Positions 38,634-47,939 are shown, numbered from the stretch's first letter. The stretch: 64,000 nt of DNA from Candidatus Heimdallarchaeota archaeon (GCA_030603365.1 JAUVXV010000001.1:128001-192000); one strand, 5' to 3'. The notes: a model not told the origin generated them from the sequence alone. A program made the numbers and translations.

Positions 38634-39767
38634 TTACAACATCTTTATTTTATCACAAATACCTCTTGCCATTTCAGAAGTAGTAGTGCTTCCACCCATG
38701 TCATATGTGCGATATTTTCCTTCTGCAATTACAGCAGCTACAGCTTCCTCTATTTTTTGTGCCATTTCTTTTTCTCCCAACCAATCTAACATCATTTTAG
38801 CTGCTAATATTTGTGCTATAGGATTGACTTTATTCATGCCTACATACTTTGGTGCAGATCCATGAGTAGGTTCGAAAACAGCAAATTTCTCCCCAATATT
38901 ACCTGAACATGCGAATCCTAATCCACCAATTAACTGAGCAGCTAAATCAGAAACAATGTCACCAAACATGTTGGAAGAGACTAAAATACCATAATTCTGA
39001 GGGTTCTTAACAAGCCACATAGCCATCGCATCTATGTTTGCTTCCCATAATTCTATTCCTTCATATTCCTGTATTAGTTTGCGAGCTTCTCTCACCATCA
39101 AACCACTTGTTTCTCTGATAACATTTGGTTTTTCAACAACTGTAACTGTAGGATAATCAAATTCTTTGGCGTAATTCATGCTTGCTTTAAGAATGCGTCG
39201 TACCCCTTTTCTAGTAAATATTCGAGTGGATATAGCAATGTCTTCAAGGTTGGTATCAGCAAACTTTTTCGCTTTAGGATGATGTTTAATAAAAGTTTCC
39301 ATTACCTCATCTGGAACGGGATGCCATTCAATTCCTACATAAAGCCCCTCAGTATTTTCTCTAAATACTACTAAATCAATATCATCTCTGTAGTTAAGAG
39401 AATTGCCTGGATAAGCTTTACAAGGGCGTAAGTTAACATATAAATCAAATAATTGTCTTAATCTAACAATTGGACTGAAGTAAATCAGTCCCTTTCCTTG
39501 TAATTCAGGTACAAGTTCTTTCTCAGCTTCTTCTTTAGGTTTAGATGTAATTGCTGAAAATAAACAACAATCTGAATTCTTCAATAATTCTATCGTTCTG
39601 TCTGGAAGGGGATTTCCTTCTTTGCACCAGAATTCCCAACCTATATCTCCGTGTGTGTATTCTGCTATTTCACTGAATCCAACAGCATCTAAAACATTCA
39701 TTGCTGCTTCAGTGACATCTATACCCACGCCATCTCCTGGTAAAACTGCTATTTTGTATTTCTTCAT
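38634..39767 (-). CDS. Beta-decarboxylating dehydrogenase (isocitrate/homoisocitrate/IPM family), NADP-type motif
   Basis: PGDGVG, SPIVRLR, RENTEGLY, NMFGDI.SD, EPTHGSAPKY. Confidence 0.92.
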   Translation of the reverse strand: MKKYKIAVLPGDGVGIDVTEAAMNVLDAVGFSEIAEYTHGDIGWEFWCKEGNPLPDRTIELLKNSDCCLFSAITSKPKEEAEKELVPELQGKGLIYFSPIVRLRQLFDLYVNLRPCKAYPGNSLNYRDDIDLVVFRENTEGLYVGIEWHPVPDEVMETFIKHHPKAKKFADTNLEDIAISTRIFTRKGVRRILKASMNYAKEFDYPTVTVVEKPNVIRETSGLMVREARKLIQEYEGIELWEANIDAMAMWLVKNPQNYGILVSSNMFGDIVSDLAAQLIGGLGFACSGNIGEKFAVFEPTHGSAPKYVGMNKVNPIAQILAAKMMLDWLGEKEMAQKIEEAVAAVIAEGKYRTYDMGGSTTTSEMARGICDKIKML

Positions 39768-39794
39768 TGTTTTATGCCTCTTGTATATTTTTTG

Positions 39795-40358
39795 TCAGTT
39801 TTTTTCGAATATTTTCTTTATTGGGGAGAAACAGAGGAAATCAACACGGTGAATTATATCAACTTCAGGTAAACGGTTAATTTTATCTCCTTCTTTGCTG
39901 TGAAAAACTATGGCCTGTCTTACAACGATTGGAAGGTTAAATTCACTTACTATTTCTAAACCCATTGCTGGATGACGAATACGATTGCCTTCCTCAGTCT
40001 GTATTATTTTTCCCGATGAATCTCTTTCATATTCTGTGAATTTTCCAACATCGTGAAGTAAGGCCCCCGCTATTAATTCATCTCTGTTTAATTTGTCCCC
40101 TAAACCTAATTTAACATATGTATCGTAAGTAGAAATGCACATCTGTGTGACAGCTCTTATATGATCTACTAGACTTATCTGTGCGACTTGGTCATCCGAA
40201 ATCAGCTCAGGAATTAACAATGTAGCTGGAATGTACTTAAAATCATCTTCAGTCCATTCACCAAGAGTAATCGCTTTCTCAAGCGATTTTTCCACTTTAT
40301 TACGTAGATCTTCACTATTAATTTCATCAAGTTCTGGAAATAGGTTCCTAATCTCCAT
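39795..40358 (-). CDS. HD-domain protein
   Basis: DH...V, LLHDVGK, RH...G, HS. Confidence 0.85.
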   Translation of the reverse strand: MEIRNLFPELDEINSEDLRNKVEKSLEKAITLGEWTEDDFKYIPATLLIPELISDDQVAQISLVDHIRAVTQMCISTYDTYVKLGLGDKLNRDELIAGALLHDVGKFTEYERDSSGKIIQTEEGNRIRHPAMGLEIVSEFNLPIVVRQAIVFHSKEGDKINRLPEVDIIHRVDFLCFSPIKKIFEKN

Positions 40359-40465
40359 TTTTTATGCCCCATTATATTTTTAATTCTGATTCAATTGAGA
40401 TTGTTAACAGTACCTCAAAGAACAATCAATATATTATTTTCTGTATGTATTGAGTCTTTTTGTGA

Positions 40466-40852
40466 CTATACATAACCAAAAAGTGATAATCTATTTTTTC
40501 CGTGGAGAGAGATAACAGAGATTCCCCTTCCCCTTAACTTTAGTCTAAGTTCTTTATCATTGGTTGCTACAATTGCATTATGTTCCAATGCTAATCTAAG
40601 GATTTCTTCATCAGTATGAATTTCATCTCGTGATTCTAGAATAGTAAAGGTCTTAGCTAAATCTAAAGCAAAACTCGCTTTTCTAGTAGTTACACTGCTA
40701 GCACTTCCAAGAAGTACAGTAAGTTCATTTATTACAATTTTTGGAACTACAATTTCATAAGATCTTGGAATAATTCGTTCAATTTCCGAGGAAAGATTGA
40801 TTCTCTTCTCTAACGGGAGTATCAACATACTTGAATCGAGAATGATAAACAT
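40466..40852 (-). CDS. PIN-domain protein (Fcf1/Utp24-like)
   Basis: ILDSS, V..EL, TDE.I, VATNDKEL; adjacent to aIF2-gamma. Confidence 0.88.
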   Translation of the reverse strand: MFIILDSSMLILPLEKRINLSSEIERIIPRSYEIVVPKIVINELTVLLGSASSVTTRKASFALDLAKTFTILESRDEIHTDEEILRLALEHNAIVATNDKELRLKLRGRGISVISLHGKNRLSLFGYV

Positions 40853-40870
40853 TCGATCCTCTCTCTTAAT

Positions 40871-42142
40871 TTATTCTTTAATAGTACCAACACCAATCAA
40901 ACGAAATCGTCCTGATACTCTTCTTGAGATAGCCACTTTACTACTTGTGCTTGTTGCTACATCTCTACTAAGCTTAATTTTCACATCTTCTCCTTTGATC
41001 TCTATAATTGTTCCAGCTGTTTTAGCGGTTCCAACATTTAACATCAAGGTTTCTCCTTGAGCCAGAGGTTGTACTTTTGTTATTTCTTCAGAACCTACTA
41101 CAAATTCCATGAGATGAACAATAAGTGACAACTCTGCACGAACTGGTGGCGCATTATCAGGTGATGTGACAATATTACCCGCCATTTTATCTGCTTTAAC
41201 AAAAGCGGGGTCTAACTCTGTTCCTAAGGCAACTAATCCTCCAGAATGAGCTTTATCCACGAGACCTTGTTCCCCAATAGAAATACTCACTACTTTTGTT
41301 TTAATTGGGGTATAAACAGTTTTATTTCCCTTTTTGATTGCAATGCCTGGTACAATCTCTATTTCTTCTCCCTTAGTGATTTGTCCTTTAATTATCGTTC
41401 CCCCCAGTGTTCCTCCTTTGAGTTTTTCAGGAACAGTTCCTGGTCGATTAATATCAAATGAACGAGCTACATGCATCTCTAAAGGACTTTCTACATCTAA
41501 ATCAGGAGTTGGAATGTTTTTTTCAATTTCACAAATTAAAATGTCTAGATTTGCTTTATGCATAGCACTAATTGGAATAATAGGTGCATTTTCTGCTATT
41601 GTTCCTTTAACAAAATCCTGTATCTCTTTGTAGTTTCTCTTAGCCTCTTCCTCAGAAACTAATTCAATCTTATTTTGGGCAATAACAATGTTTGGAATTT
41701 GAAGAATTTCCATTGCTGCAAGATGTTCTCGAGTTTGTGGTTGAGGGCACTTAGAATTTGCTGCAACCAATAATATTGCACCATTCATAAGTGTAGCACC
41801 AGAGAGTAATGTTGCCATAAGTACTTCATGCCCTGGACAGTCTACAAAAGAAACTCTTCGAAGTAATTCAGAAGGTGATCCACATTTTGGACATGTTTTT
41901 TCTATAGTATACGCCTCAGGTTCTGGACATTTTGGACATTTGCGGAACTCTGTGTCTGCATAACCCAATCTTATAGAAATCCCTCTTTTTAATTCCTCAG
42001 AATGATCATCTGGGAATTTACCAGTAAGAGCTTGCACAAGTGTAGATTTACCATTATCTACATGACCTATTGTACCTATATTGACAACTGGTTGTATGAT
42101 TTCTTTTTTTTCCTTTTTTTCGGGAGAATCTGTTTGACTCAT
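40871..42142 (-). CDS. eif2g: Translation initiation factor aIF2 gamma
   Basis: GHVDNGKS, RGISIRLGYA, DCPGHE, PQPQT.EH, RSFDIN.PG. Confidence 0.96.
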   Translation of the reverse strand: MSQTDSPEKKEKKEIIQPVVNIGTIGHVDNGKSTLVQALTGKFPDDHSEELKRGISIRLGYADTEFRKCPKCPEPEAYTIEKTCPKCGSPSELLRRVSFVDCPGHEVLMATLLSGATLMNGAILLVAANSKCPQPQTREHLAAMEILQIPNIVIAQNKIELVSEEEAKRNYKEIQDFVKGTIAENAPIIPISAMHKANLDILICEIEKNIPTPDLDVESPLEMHVARSFDINRPGTVPEKLKGGTLGGTIIKGQITKGEEIEIVPGIAIKKGNKTVYTPIKTKVVSISIGEQGLVDKAHSGGLVALGTELDPAFVKADKMAGNIVTSPDNAPPVRAELSLIVHLMEFVVGSEEITKVQPLAQGETLMLNVGTAKTAGTIIEIKGEDVKIKLSRDVATSTSSKVAISRRVSGRFRLIGVGTIKE

Positions 42143-42414
42143 TAATTTTTCCTCTATAATGATACTTTCGTTTTATAGTCTACTTTTTAGGAGGTATTAA
42201 TGATTATTCATTAAATACTGTTTTTGTGCTATATACATACATCAAAAACTTTACGTTTAGTTGATTTTGGTTTAAATCAAATGATGTTTTTTATTCGAAT
42301 TATATTGAAAGGGTTTTGGGAGAAGAAATTAGAGGAAAAAAATATTTGATATAAGTATCTTTAAAAATAATGGGAAAGAACCAGCAATGAAGAAGAAAGA
42401 GAGATGACATTATC

Positions 42415-42990
42415 GTGTATTATGGTGTTAATGTAAAAGATACACTGCGTGTTCCTCCAAATAGGTTCGATGAAGATCTTACCCAAGTTCTAGCAGAGAT
42501 TGCTAGAGAAAGCTTTGAGGGTAAAATTGATCCAGATTTGGGTTTCATAGTTGCTGTAACTGATATTGCAAAAATATATCAAGGAAAACTAATCTCAGGT
42601 GATGGAGGGGCATATTATGAAACAGATTTCGGGCTACTGTGCTATCTACCGGAAATTGATGAGATAGTATCTGGGGAAGTTGTTGAATGTGTTGATTTTG
42701 GAGCTTTTATTAGAATCGGCACAATAGATGCACTTTGTCATGTTTCTCAAATCGCTGATGATTACTTTCGATACATACCTAAAAATGCTCTTCTAAGAGG
42801 GGATAAGTCTAAACTAGATTTATTAATTAATACTAAGGTTCGAGCCAGAGTAATCGCAGTAAGTATTGGTAAAACTGCAATTCGTGTTGGTTTAACCATG
42901 AGACAAGATGCGCTTGGTTCGCTTGATTGGGTGGAAGAGTGGAAGAAGGGATTAAAAACCCCAGCTAAAGCAACAGAGGAGGCTTCATAA
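42415..42990 (+). CDS. rpoE1: RNA polymerase subunit Rpo7 (E')
   Basis: RVPP, GDGGAY, S1 domain FGAF..IG..DAL.HVSQ, LTMRQ. Confidence 0.93.
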   Translation: MYYGVNVKDTLRVPPNRFDEDLTQVLAEIARESFEGKIDPDLGFIVAVTDIAKIYQGKLISGDGGAYYETDFGLLCYLPEIDEIVSGEVVECVDFGAFIRIGTIDALCHVSQIADDYFRYIPKNALLRGDKSKLDLLINTKVRARVIAVSIGKTAIRVGLTMRQDALGSLDWVEEWKKGLKTPAKATEEAS

Positions 42991-42991
42991 G

Positions 42992-43180
42992 ATGTCCAAA
43001 GCGTGTAGAGTGTGCCATATGATTCATGAAAAAACAGCAAATATGTGTACAAACTGTAAAACACAAGACCTTTCTTCAGAGTATACTGGTGAGATATTTA
43101 TAATTAACCCAGAAGATAGTGAAGTAGCAAAAAGAATGAAAATAAACAAGCAAGGACATTATGCATTAAGAGTCCGGTGA
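42992..43180 (+). CDS. spt4: Transcription elongation factor Spt4 (RpoE'')
   Basis: KACRVC...CTNC, SEVAK, G.YALRVR. Confidence 0.93.
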   Translation: MSKACRVCHMIHEKTANMCTNCKTQDLSSEYTGEIFIINPEDSEVAKRMKINKQGHYALRVR

Positions 43181-43737
43181 AACTTGTGGATTCTTCTAAA
43201 ATCGGTTATTTTTTCCTTCCAGAAGAAGAAAGAAAACATTTCAAACAACCTTTAGATGTTTTATACAAATCTGAATCTGAAATTCTAGCTCTAATATCTC
43301 ATTTAAAAGAAGATAAATCTATTCCAAAGATTATTACAGTGGGGGATGTATGTACTCAAACCCTAATTGATCATTCTATTGTTCCTGATTTGGCAATAAT
43401 TGATAACTATGTTCAAAGAAAAAAATCCTCTTTGGTAGACCTATCACATTTTACAGTTTTACAAGCCTCAAATCCAGCCGGCACAATTACTCTTGAAGCT
43501 TGGGAAACGATTCGTCAAGCTGTGAAAATAGATGATAACAAAATAATTATAAAAATAACTGGGGAAGAGGACTTACTGGTGCTCCCAGTAATAAGTGAAA
43601 CACCTTACAATTCAAAAGTCTTATATGGACAACCAAATGAAGGATTAGTAAGCGTCACGGTTACACACAAAATAAAAACAAAAATCCAAAGTTTAATTCA
43701 AAAAATGGTGAAGATTAATGAAAATTACAATCGCTAA
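43177..43737 (+). CDS. GTP-dependent dephospho-CoA kinase (DUF359)
   Basis: VGD, NPAGTI, GEEDLL, YGQP.EG; conserved context. Confidence 0.88.
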   Translation: MKLVDSSKIGYFFLPEEERKHFKQPLDVLYKSESEILALISHLKEDKSIPKIITVGDVCTQTLIDHSIVPDLAIIDNYVQRKKSSLVDLSHFTVLQASNPAGTITLEAWETIRQAVKIDDNKIIIKITGEEDLLVLPVISETPYNSKVLYGQPNEGLVSVTVTHKIKTKIQSLIQKMVKINENYNR

Positions 43738-44014
43738 CAAAACTGAAAACAAACTTCTTGAAAGGATAGAAATCGAAGTAGAGATTGATCACCAAGGTGA
43801 GGCTGTTCCTACAAGAGATTCAGTTTTATCTAAAGTTGCTGCTCAGGTTAATAGAGATAGGAATCAAGTAGTATTAATTAAAATGGAAGCTAAATTTGGA
43901 ATAGGTATAAGTAATGCACTCATCCATGCTTATGAATCTCATGAAAGAGCTATACTAGTTGAAAAAGAACATCTTTTGAAAAGATCAGGACTTATTGAAG
44001 AGAAGAAGGAATAA
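43718..44014 (+). CDS. rps24e: 30S ribosomal protein eS24
   Basis: N.LL.R.E, P.R, FG.G; context. Confidence 0.9.
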   Translation: MKITIANKTENKLLERIEIEVEIDHQGEAVPTRDSVLSKVAAQVNRDRNQVVLIKMEAKFGIGISNALIHAYESHERAILVEKEHLLKRSGLIEEKKE

Positions 44015-44027
44015 TAACGGTGAAAAA

Positions 44028-44198
44028 ATGAGCGAAACACACAAAAAATACAAGATTGAAGGTAACAAAGTTACTCGTGTAAAGAAAGTTTGTGAGAGAT
44101 GTGGGGATGCAGTTTATATGGCAGAGCATCCTGACCGACAAACTTGTGGAAAATGTGGATTTACTATTTATAAAAGAGGACGTAAAGCTTCTGTTTAA
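44028..44198 (+). CDS. rps27ae: 30S ribosomal protein eS31 (S27ae), no ubiquitin fusion
   Basis: CERCG..MAEH.DR..CGKC; ATG 44028 after GGTGA RBS. Confidence 0.92.
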   Translation: MSETHKKYKIEGNKVTRVKKVCERCGDAVYMAEHPDRQTCGKCGFTIYKRGRKASV

Positions 44199-44249
44199 CA
44201 TTCTTTTCTTATAGAAAAATTTAAACCGTAGTATTTTCTAGTTACTATT

Positions 44250-44320
44250 AGGCGAATGACTGATTGAGACGGCTTAGATGTGCCTTCACACACATGATAT
44301 AAAAACTCAAAGGACGCCCT
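44250..44320 (+). ncRNA. Putative double kink-turn (box C/D-like) small RNA
   Basis: Terminal K-turn GGCG-AAT-GA-CT / AG-GA-CGCC; internal K-turn TA-GA-TGTG / CACA-CAT-GA-TA; BRE/TATA (AGAAAAATTTAAA) ~25 nt upstream. Confidence 0.6.
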
Positions 44321-44421
44321 ATTACATCTCCTTCTCAGATTTAATGTGTTCTCTAACCTAATAACAAAGATTTAAATCATAGTTGAAGAATTGACTCACG
44401 TAAATATTCGCTAAAGGTGTT

Positions 44422-44907
44422 ATGCAAATGAAATCTCTTGAAATGGAAATCTCAGAAAAACTATCTGAGTATATACAGAAGTTTGTAGATGAAGGGATTT
44501 TTGAATCAGTTGAAGCTTTTGCTAAACATTCTATTTATTGGTTAGCAGAACTTTATGGTTTTGGAGAACAATATGAAGGAAAAAGCCTGAGTTCATTAAT
44601 TGCAGAAATTATTGGTTCAAAAGTTAAAGTGCCTGCTAGCCAGGTTCAAGAAGTTAAAACAGAAGTAAAAACGGTCGTTAAAGACTTCAAAATACCAAAT
44701 AAAGACCTTATTCTTGAATCCTATAGTTCATCCAAGTTTATGTTTGAAGACGCGATTTTTGCTGCATGTCAATTTGCAGCTTTAAAACAAGGAAATCCTC
44801 CAATATCAAAAGAAGAATTCGCTAAATCATTGGATCAGATGGCAGAAGCTGGAATTCTTACCAGAATTCAGAAAGGCGAAAAGATAATGTGGAAAAGAAA
44901 TGAGTAA
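44422..44907 (+). CDS. Protein with N-terminal ribbon-helix-helix-like and C-terminal winged-helix-like domains
   Basis: CopG-like pattern V.EG.F.S...F; C-terminal L..M.EAGIL....G. Confidence 0.55.
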   Translation: MQMKSLEMEISEKLSEYIQKFVDEGIFESVEAFAKHSIYWLAELYGFGEQYEGKSLSSLIAEIIGSKVKVPASQVQEVKTEVKTVVKDFKIPNKDLILESYSSSKFMFEDAIFAACQFAALKQGNPPISKEEFAKSLDQMAEAGILTRIQKGEKIMWKRNE

Positions 44908-44925
44908 ATTTTTTTTCTCTTCCTT

Positions 44926-45606
44926 TTATTTCTTTAAAGCATATGCCATCTGTTGAAGTACTTCTTTTGGATCTTTTGCTTTAACAAATCCTGAAGCAAG
45001 AAGAACTCCTTGGGCACCCATTTGAACAGCTTCAGCAACATCATTGGATGTTGTGACACCAGCTCCAACCAAAGGTTGAACAGCACTACTTATTTCTTTT
45101 ATTGCGGATAATGTTTGTATTACTAATTCTGGCTTTGTTGTTACAGAAACACCACTTCCAATTAACTCAGGTGGCTCCATAGCACATGCTGCAGGTTCTA
45201 AGGAAGCAATAGCTTTACTAGTTTGGATATTATTTGAACAAACACATGTATAGAAATCTAATTTTTTAGATTTTTGAATTACACTTTCAATATCTGCAAG
45301 TTTTAATCTGTGTTCTGAATGGTTTACTAAAGAGCCTATTGCCCCGGCTTCTTTTAATGTCTCTATAAGATTGTTCCCGGTATAACTACCTGTATTATTG
45401 GCATCAACATGTTGAGCTAAAACAGGTATGTCTACTTCTTGAGCAATTAAATAAATATCAGCAGTTTGTGGACAAACAGCTATTGAAATTCCAGATTCAA
45501 TAGCTACCTCTTCTGCAATCTTAGATAATGCTAATCCCCTTCTGCCTATGGTCTGCTCATAATTTTTGTAGTTTAAGATTATGACTGGATAACTGATTTT
45601 TGACAT
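44926..45606 (-). CDS. tpiA: Triosephosphate isomerase, archaeal type
   Basis: NYK, AQH, NHSE, EPPELIG, GAG, LLASG. Confidence 0.95.
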   Translation of the reverse strand: MSKISYPVIILNYKNYEQTIGRRGLALSKIAEEVAIESGISIAVCPQTADIYLIAQEVDIPVLAQHVDANNTGSYTGNNLIETLKEAGAIGSLVNHSEHRLKLADIESVIQKSKKLDFYTCVCSNNIQTSKAIASLEPAACAMEPPELIGSGVSVTTKPELVIQTLSAIKEISSAVQPLVGAGVTTSNDVAEAVQMGAQGVLLASGFVKAKDPKEVLQQMAYALKK

Positions 45607-45738
45607 AAAGAAGAATTTTCACGACCTGTTTAAAAACGTTGCTCAATAATAACTAGTACGACTACAGCTGTTGAAATCTTTAAATACATTAAACAATAAA
45701 TAATCAATAAGAGATGTCTAAAACACTTGGTGATTTGC

Positions 45739-46248
45739 TTGTATGGTGCTGATCAAATAAATACAATTCTTCATGAGATTATAACAAGTGATGCTAATAT
45801 TAATCATGTAATATTAGCTGATAAAACAGGTTTAACACTAGCTTATTCCTCACGATTTGCCTTTGATGAGTTTGAAACAGAGGCGTTAGGTGCTATTGCT
45901 AGTGCAGTCTATTTAGCTAGTGAACAACAAGGAACAAATGTAGGTCTAGCGGAACTAGACATTATCATATCAGAATTTTCTGATGGTCTAATTTTAGTAG
46001 CGAGTTGTGGAAGTACTGTTTTGTGTCTGATTACAGACACTGGAGTAGCTTTAGGTATGGTTAGAAGAACCATGAAAATAGCAGCCGAGAAAATTAGAAA
46101 TATATTGGATGTTGAAGCTAAGCCAGTTACTACACCTGAAGCTCAACCTGTTGTAACACCGCAACCAGTTGTTGCAGAGGAAAAGAAAGTTCAAGATGAG
46201 TTCATCTCCGATTTAGAATTAGCTTTAAGGGAATTAGAACAATTTTAA
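45739..46248 (+). CDS. Roadblock/LC7 (MglB-like) domain protein with Pro-rich linker and helical tail
   Basis: VILAD..GL, ALGAIASA, E...G, LG.V; TTG 45739 after GGTGA RBS. Confidence 0.85.
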   Translation: MYGADQINTILHEIITSDANINHVILADKTGLTLAYSSRFAFDEFETEALGAIASAVYLASEQQGTNVGLAELDIIISEFSDGLILVASCGSTVLCLITDTGVALGMVRRTMKIAAEKIRNILDVEAKPVTTPEAQPVVTPQPVVAEEKKVQDEFISDLELALRELEQF

Positions 46249-46271
46249 ACACACTAAAAGTGTAAGGATGT

Positions 46272-47108
46272 TTGATGAATATGGCTGCTCCTACTGGAGG
46301 AATAGAGAAAATAGGAAAGAAAGACGAATCCAAAGATTCAAGGGGTGAATTGATTTTAACAGGAATTCGCTCTTTAGATCAGAAACTTGGTATGGAAATG
46401 GCAAAAAGAAGAGGTATACCTCAAGGATCTTTTATTCTTGTTAGTTACCCTTCTGATACAGTTATTCCCACTTTGTTCATCCAGAGAATTCTTCTAAACT
46501 GGGCTAAAAAATCTAGTGATAATGTGATTTTCTATGTTCATAGTGGTCGTCCCTATGATCATGTTCAAAGCTCATTTAAAGCATATAATTGGGATGTAAA
46601 ACCCTTTGAAGGAAAAAACTGGTACTTTGAAAATATGTTTGATTTATCTAGTACATCAATGACTTCTGCTTTAAAACTAGGAAGGATTGAAGTTAAGAGA
46701 AAGACCTATGTAAATAGAATTATTGACCGCATGTATCACGTAAAAGAATCTCAAAATAAACAGTGTTTCAGTGTTTTTGATGATTTACTCTGGATGAAAG
46801 AAGATCAATTGGATGAAGATTCGAATGCATTAATAACTTTCCTTAAAAGTACTTTAATGAGTCTTACTAAAATAGGTGGAGTACATTTCTTTTTACTTCC
46901 TCAGGGTGTTTTAGACCCAGTAGCTGAAAGAATAATCATGAATGCTGCTCAAGGAATATTCCACTTTACGAGAAATTCTGTGGGTAGTAGAATTAAAGAT
47001 ACTTTTGCGATAACTAAACTCATGGGAGTAGCTTTTGTTAGTGAAACCTTGGATATCACTCCATCAGAATCAGAAGGTTTCAAAATAGAATCAACAGCTA
47101 AAATATAG
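46272..47108 (+). CDS. KaiC/RAD55-like RecA-fold protein with degenerate Walker A
   Basis: TGI.SLD..L..GIPQGS.ILV then SYPSDTVIPT in place of GxxGxGKT; VFDD; GIFHF; ITKLMG. Confidence 0.75.
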   Translation: MMNMAAPTGGIEKIGKKDESKDSRGELILTGIRSLDQKLGMEMAKRRGIPQGSFILVSYPSDTVIPTLFIQRILLNWAKKSSDNVIFYVHSGRPYDHVQSSFKAYNWDVKPFEGKNWYFENMFDLSSTSMTSALKLGRIEVKRKTYVNRIIDRMYHVKESQNKQCFSVFDDLLWMKEDQLDEDSNALITFLKSTLMSLTKIGGVHFFLLPQGVLDPVAERIIMNAAQGIFHFTRNSVGSRIKDTFAITKLMGVAFVSETLDITPSESEGFKIESTAKI

Positions 47109-47903
47109 ATGATATTAATGGAAGGTTATGAGAAAAAAACAACTGAAGAAGAACCTGAACTTATAGATATAGCATCTGAAATTTCAAAGCTTTCTGATGA
47201 AGTCAATGAGTTAAAAGATAATATGAAATCTCCAAAAAGGAGGGGAAAAAGCGAAAAATCCTCTAGATTCAATGACACTTCCAAAATTGAACTATCTCCA
47301 GCAATTGAATATGTAAACGAGTTATTAGAAAATTCTTCAGAAGCCATTATTTCTGAAATGAAATCAGAATTTTTCAGATTATTTAATTTTATCTCAAGTA
47401 TGTTCTCTGTAACACCATATCAATCAATAAACAGAACTATTCAAAAAGAAGAAGATTCTGATGATGAATTAACAGCTGATGATGTCATATTAGTATCAGA
47501 ATTTCGAAAGGAAAAAGAGATGTTACAACTTCTTCTTGATGAACGTGAATCATTAATTTACGAACTATCAGATCAAATTGTTGCTATTGAAGCTGAAAAG
47601 AAAGTGTTAGAAGATAAAATAGAAGAGATTGACACAGATAAAACAAAATGGTTAAAACAAAAGAATGTCCTCGAAAGAATTGTAACTTCAGATCCAAGGT
47701 TTAATATTATAACACTTCTAAGAAGAATGGGTGTAATAGCGCCTATACAACTATCTTTCGTTCTTGGAGTTTCTCTCTCACAAACCAGACGTTATATCTC
47801 TGAATTGGAACAACTGAAAATCCTTCAAGTAAAAGAAGATGGAACAGTTTCTCTACATACTGATTTTGACGAAGATACTATGAATATTAAAATTCAAGAG
47901 TGA
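47109..47903 (+). CDS. Coiled-coil protein with C-terminal winged HTH
   Basis: Heptads ~135-190; QLSFVLGVSLSQTRRYISELEQLKIL. Confidence 0.75.
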   Translation: MILMEGYEKKTTEEEPELIDIASEISKLSDEVNELKDNMKSPKRRGKSEKSSRFNDTSKIELSPAIEYVNELLENSSEAIISEMKSEFFRLFNFISSMFSVTPYQSINRTIQKEEDSDDELTADDVILVSEFRKEKEMLQLLLDERESLIYELSDQIVAIEAEKKVLEDKIEEIDTDKTKWLKQKNVLERIVTSDPRFNIITLLRRMGVIAPIQLSFVLGVSLSQTRRYISELEQLKILQVKEDGTVSLHTDFDEDTMNIKIQE

Positions 47904-47939
47904 TAAAATAATAATAAAATAAAAAAAAGGATTTTGGGT

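Noticed and set aside
34922-39767. Ordinary leucine biosynthesis leuBCD
   Set aside because: No leuA/ilv genes nearby, NADP-type motif, and linkage to an ACL-like pair
43995-44027. N-terminal extension or ubiquitin fusion on eS31
   Set aside because: Artefact of an upstream TTG; the RBS supports ATG 44028 and there is no Ub domain
44303-44314. AAACTCAAAGGA identical to a conserved 16S rRNA segment
   Set aside because: Only 12 nt, in the sense orientation on the predicted RNA; likely chance and not an rRNA fragment
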